From Candidatus Moranella endobia PCIT (GTDB lineage Bacteria; Pseudomonadota; Gammaproteobacteria; Enterobacterales; Enterobacteriaceae): 32,000 nt of DNA. The first letter of the stretch is position 1. Every line of letters starts with the position of its first letter. Location of the stretch: positions 240,001 to 272,000 of the forward strand of contig NC_015735.1 in assembly GCF_000219175.1 (NCBI RefSeq). Reading direction: 5' to 3'. This document shows positions 29,103 through 32,000 of the stretch, piece after piece. The notes beneath the pieces are model-generated. The model saw only the letters and a list, made by a program, of their open reading frames with translations, had not been told where the DNA came from and made no database searches. A program made the position numbers and the translations under genes.

Positions 29103-29126
29103 AAGTGCAATTGTGCCTATACCCCA

Positions 29127-32000
29127 CTAGGCAGAAATATTGCCTTCTGACGTTTCATCAGAGGTGTCTGTCTTACCTGACATCCGTGCTAGAAACTCAT
29201 ATTTTTGCTGTAATTCTTTTTCCGTCGATTTATGCAAAGTGGCAGCGATGTCCGGCTGTTTAATATTAAGTAGGCGGAAACGCTGCTCGTTAAGCAGCGT
29301 AGCAGCAAGATTGCTTGAGGGCGGACGTGAATTTAGCATTAGTGGTAATTTTCCTTTATCCCTGAAACGGGGATCGAAGCGGTATAATGGCCAGAAGCCA
29401 GTGGCTGTAAGTTGTTGCATTTGAGTATGGCTAAGCGCAAGATCATAGCCATGCGCTTCGCAGGGGCTATAGGCGATAATCAAAGATGGTCCTGGATATG
29501 ATTCGGCTTCTTGAATGGCTTTTACAGTACCATTAAACTGTGCTCCTAAGGAAATTTGCGCTACATAAACATGACCATACATCATCATGCTAACGCCAAG
29601 ATCTTTGCTTGCCTTGCGTTTGCCTTGTTCACAGAATTTGGTAACTGCGCCTAGCGGTGTTGCTTTAGATTGTTGTCCACCAGAATTGGAATAACATTGA
29701 GTATCCAGCACTAGTACATTGACGTTTTCAGTCATGCTCATTACATGGTCCAGACCGCCAAAACCAATATCATATGCCCACCCGTCGCCTCCAATCAACC
29801 AGATAGATTTATCCACTAAATAATTAGCATCCTGCTTCAACTGACGTACAGAGGCATCATCCGAATTACCTAGCAGATCGCGTAATTCACTGATTTGCCG
29901 CCGTCGTTCTTCCACAGGTATATTGGAGGTACGCAACTCAGAAACAAGAGTTTCTGGCAGTAACCCTTTATGTATATCTAGCAGGCGCAATACTCGCCGG
30001 CGGTGCTGATCCAAAGTTAGGCGAAAGCCCAGGCCAAATTCAGCATTATCCTCAAACAAAGAATTAGCCCAGGCTGGCCCGCGGCCTTTTGCGTTTGTAG
30101 TATATGGTGTTGTTGGTAGGTTACCGCCATAGATAGAAGAGCAGCCGGTGGCATTAGCGATCAGTAAACGGTCCCCATAAAGCTGAGTTAGCAGCTTAAT
30201 ATATGGAGTTTCGCCACAACCCGAACAGGCGCCAGAGTATTCGAAAAGAGGGGTAATTAGTTGTGATGTGCGGAGATCAATTTTTGCCAGCATACGGGTA
30301 TCAATTTCAGGTAGGCTAAGAAAGAAATCATAATTGATTTTCTCTGTTTCTAAATGCGCTAGCCGCGATGCCATATTAATGGCTTTTATTTTAGGTTGTT
30401 GTCTATCTTTAGCTGGACATACTTCGACACACAACTGGCAGCCAGTACAGTCTTCTGGCGCAACTTGGAGTACATACTTATGGCCGCGCATATTGCGGGA
30501 TTTTACTTCTAGGCATGACATGCTTGGCGGCGCTTTATCTAATGTCTGCGGCGGAACGACTTTAGCGCGAATAGCGGCGTGGGGACAGGCAGCCACGCAA
30601 TAGTTGCACTGGGTACATAACGATGGTTCCCACAGTGGTATTTTTTCGGCGATATTGCGTTTTTCCCATTGCGTGGTGCTAATTGGCCAGCTTCCATCTG
30701 GTGGCAATGCTGAAACTGGCAGTGCGTCACCTAAACCTGCGAGCATAGCGGCGGTAACGAATTTGACAAAATTAGGCGCCGCTTCTGATACTACCGGTGG
30801 GCGCAAGTGACTTGCTGTTTCGACTGCTTTGAGCGGTACTTGAAATAAAGCATCGCTAGTCGCAGCTAGTGCCTGCCAATTAGACCTTATCAGTTCTTGT
30901 CCCTTACTACTGCTATAGTTTGTAACCACTGCTTGTCGCAGGGCACTTAACGTCTGATCCGGCGGTAAAATACCAGACAGCTGGAAGAAAGCCATTTGCA
31001 TAACAGTGTTAATACGTGTCTGAAGCTTATATTTGCTGGCTATCTGCTGGGCGTTGATTACATAAAAACGTGCCTTGCGCTCATTTAGTATTGCCTGCAC
31101 CTCTCTGGGGAGTAAAGACCAGATTTCGTTGGCATCTTTAGGTGTATTCATGAGGAAAATACCGCCGGTCCGCAGGTGTTCTACAATGTGATACTTTTCG
31201 ATAAATTGCGATTGGTGGCAACCAATAAAATCTGCCTGGCCAACTAAATAGGCCGCATGAATTGGTTTCTTGCTGACCCTAAGATGAGACACGGTTAATC
31301 CACCAGCTTTCTTTGAATCGTAAACAAAATAGCCCTGGGTGAAATGCGGCGTCATATTGCCGATGATCTTTATAGAGTTTTTGGTTGCCGAGACCGATCC
31401 ATCGCCGCCCAAACCGTAAAACAGTGCTTCCAAAAGGAAACTACGCGGCCGCGTTGCTTTGGTTAATGGCAACGAAAGATGGGTAACATCATCATAAATG
31501 CCGACAGTAAAACGCGGCCGCGGTGCTACCTGCGCTAACTCGTTAAATATCGCCAATACACACGGTGGATCGAACTCTTTGGAAGATAGACCAAATCGGC
31601 CGCCGATGGTCAGTGGTAGTTTATTTATTTCGCCCCGGCTGTAGGCTTCCGCTAGTGTAGTTGTAACTTCAAGATATAGCGGTTCCGCCTGTGCTCCTGG
31701 CTCCTTGGTTCGGTCTAGCACCGCAATAGATTTTACCGCTTGGGGCATAATTTCTAGCAGATGGCTAGCAGAAAATGGCCTGAACAGTCGTACTTTGATT
31801 AATCCTACTTTTTCACCGTTGGCTAGCAATGTATCAATAACTTCTTCACAGGTACCAGCAGCTGATCCCATAACGATAATTATACGATCGGCATGAAGAT
31901 GGCCATAATATTCAAAAGGCTTATAGTGCCTGCCGGTGGCAGTAGCGAAGGCATCCATTGCTTGCTCCATCTTGCGATAAGCATTGTTATACCATGGGTT
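29127..32000 (-). CDS. nifJ: Pyruvate:flavodoxin/ferredoxin oxidoreductase (YdbK/NifJ family), 5' end outside the window
   Basis: The ORF is collinear with E. coli YdbK from about residue 240 to the C-terminus. It has two 4Fe-4S motifs (CTQCNYCVAACPH, CTGCQLCVEVCPA) and the TPP region GGDGWAYDIGFGGLDH. The frame stays open through 32000 (..NPWYNNAYRKMEQAMDAF). Confidence 0.95.
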   Translation of the reverse strand, partial: NPWYNNAYRKMEQAMDAFATATGRHYKPFEYYGHLHADRIIIVMGSAAGTCEEVIDTLLANGEKVGLIKVRLFRPFSASHLLEIMPQAVKSIAVLDRTKEPGAQAEPLYLEVTTTLAEAYSRGEINKLPLTIGGRFGLSSKEFDPPCVLAIFNELAQVAPRPRFTVGIYDDVTHLSLPLTKATRPRSFLLEALFYGLGGDGSVSATKNSIKIIGNMTPHFTQGYFVYDSKKAGGLTVSHLRVSKKPIHAAYLVGQADFIGCHQSQFIEKYHIVEHLRTGGIFLMNTPKDANEIWSLLPREVQAILNERKARFYVINAQQIASKYKLQTRINTVMQMAFFQLSGILPPDQTLSALRQAVVTNYSSSKGQELIRSNWQALAATSDALFQVPLKAVETASHLRPPVVSEAAPNFVKFVTAAMLAGLGDALPVSALPPDGSWPISTTQWEKRNIAEKIPLWEPSLCTQCNYCVAACPHAAIRAKVVPPQTLDKAPPSMSCLEVKSRNMRGHKYVLQVAPEDCTGCQLCVEVCPAKDRQQPKIKAINMASRLAHLETEKINYDFFLSLPEIDTRMLAKIDLRTSQLITPLFEYSGACSGCGETPYIKLLTQLYGDRLLIANATGCSSIYGGNLPTTPYTTNAKGRGPAWANSLFEDNAEFGLGFRLTLDQHRRRVLRLLDIHKGLLPETLVSELRTSNIPVEERRRQISELRDLLGNSDDASVRQLKQDANYLVDKSIWLIGGDGWAYDIGFGGLDHVMSMTENVNVLVLDTQCYSNSGGQQSKATPLGAVTKFCEQGKRKASKDLGVSMMMYGHVYVAQISLGAQFNGTVKAIQEAESYPGPSLIIAYSPCEAHGYDLALSHTQMQQLTATGFWPLYRFDPRFRDKGKLPLMLNSRPPSSNLAATLLNEQRFRLLNIKQPDIAATLHKSTEKELQQKYEFLARMSGKTDTSDETSEGNISA

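Noticed and set aside
28919-29263. 114-aa plus-strand ORF across the secA 3' end and the nifJ 3' end
   Set aside because: It overlaps two well-supported genes. At most, it contains a decayed trace of the SecA zinc-finger tail (RNKP..).
1-32000. Defence systems, CRISPR arrays, prophage, integrases, toxin-antitoxin pairs and secondary-metabolite genes
   Set aside because: I looked on both strands. Every sizeable ORF is accounted for by a core housekeeping gene or its remnant. No direct-repeat arrays or orphan multi-gene operons of unknown function were seen.

Overview
This window looks like a chromosomal segment from a genome-reduced gammaproteobacterial (Enterobacterales-like) endosymbiont. 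Every large ORF is nearly collinear with a familiar E. coli housekeeping protein. These comparisons are from memory and no search was run. The sequence is AT-leaning, and several genes expected from synteny survive only as short remnants full of stops and frameshifts.

Gene order:
- polA, dusA
- tRNA-Leu(UAA) and tRNA-Cys(GCA), minus strand
- glyQ-glyS
- cydX-cydB-cydA, minus strand
- a 1,940-bp cassette (tRNA-Leu(CAA), yicC, rph pseudogene) bracketed by a perfect 97-bp inverted repeat
- an eroded dcw cluster: rsmH, ftsL, ftsI, [murE-murF remnant], mraY, [murD remnant], ftsW, murG, [murC and ftsQ remnants, ddlB gone], ftsA, ftsZ, lpxC
- a DciA-like DUF721 gene, minus strand
- secA
- most of a pyruvate:flavodoxin/ferredoxin oxidoreductase gene, minus strand, running off the window

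I recognised no transposase, integrase, phage, CRISPR, toxin-antitoxin or defence genes.

Most worth a second look:
1. The dcw cluster has lost the cytoplasmic Mur ligases plus ftsQ and mraZ, but keeps intact mraY, murG, ftsW, ftsI, ftsA and ftsZ. This implies outsourced or mosaic peptidoglycan precursor synthesis.
2. The perfect 97-bp inverted repeat forms a potentially invertible leuX-yicC-rph cassette, placed between the outward-facing cydAB and dcw operons.
3. Pol I carries substitutions at the classical 3'-5' exonuclease carboxylates.
4. FtsL and SecA are truncated at their C-termini, and yicC has a fresh frameshift.

All functional interpretation is inference from sequence.
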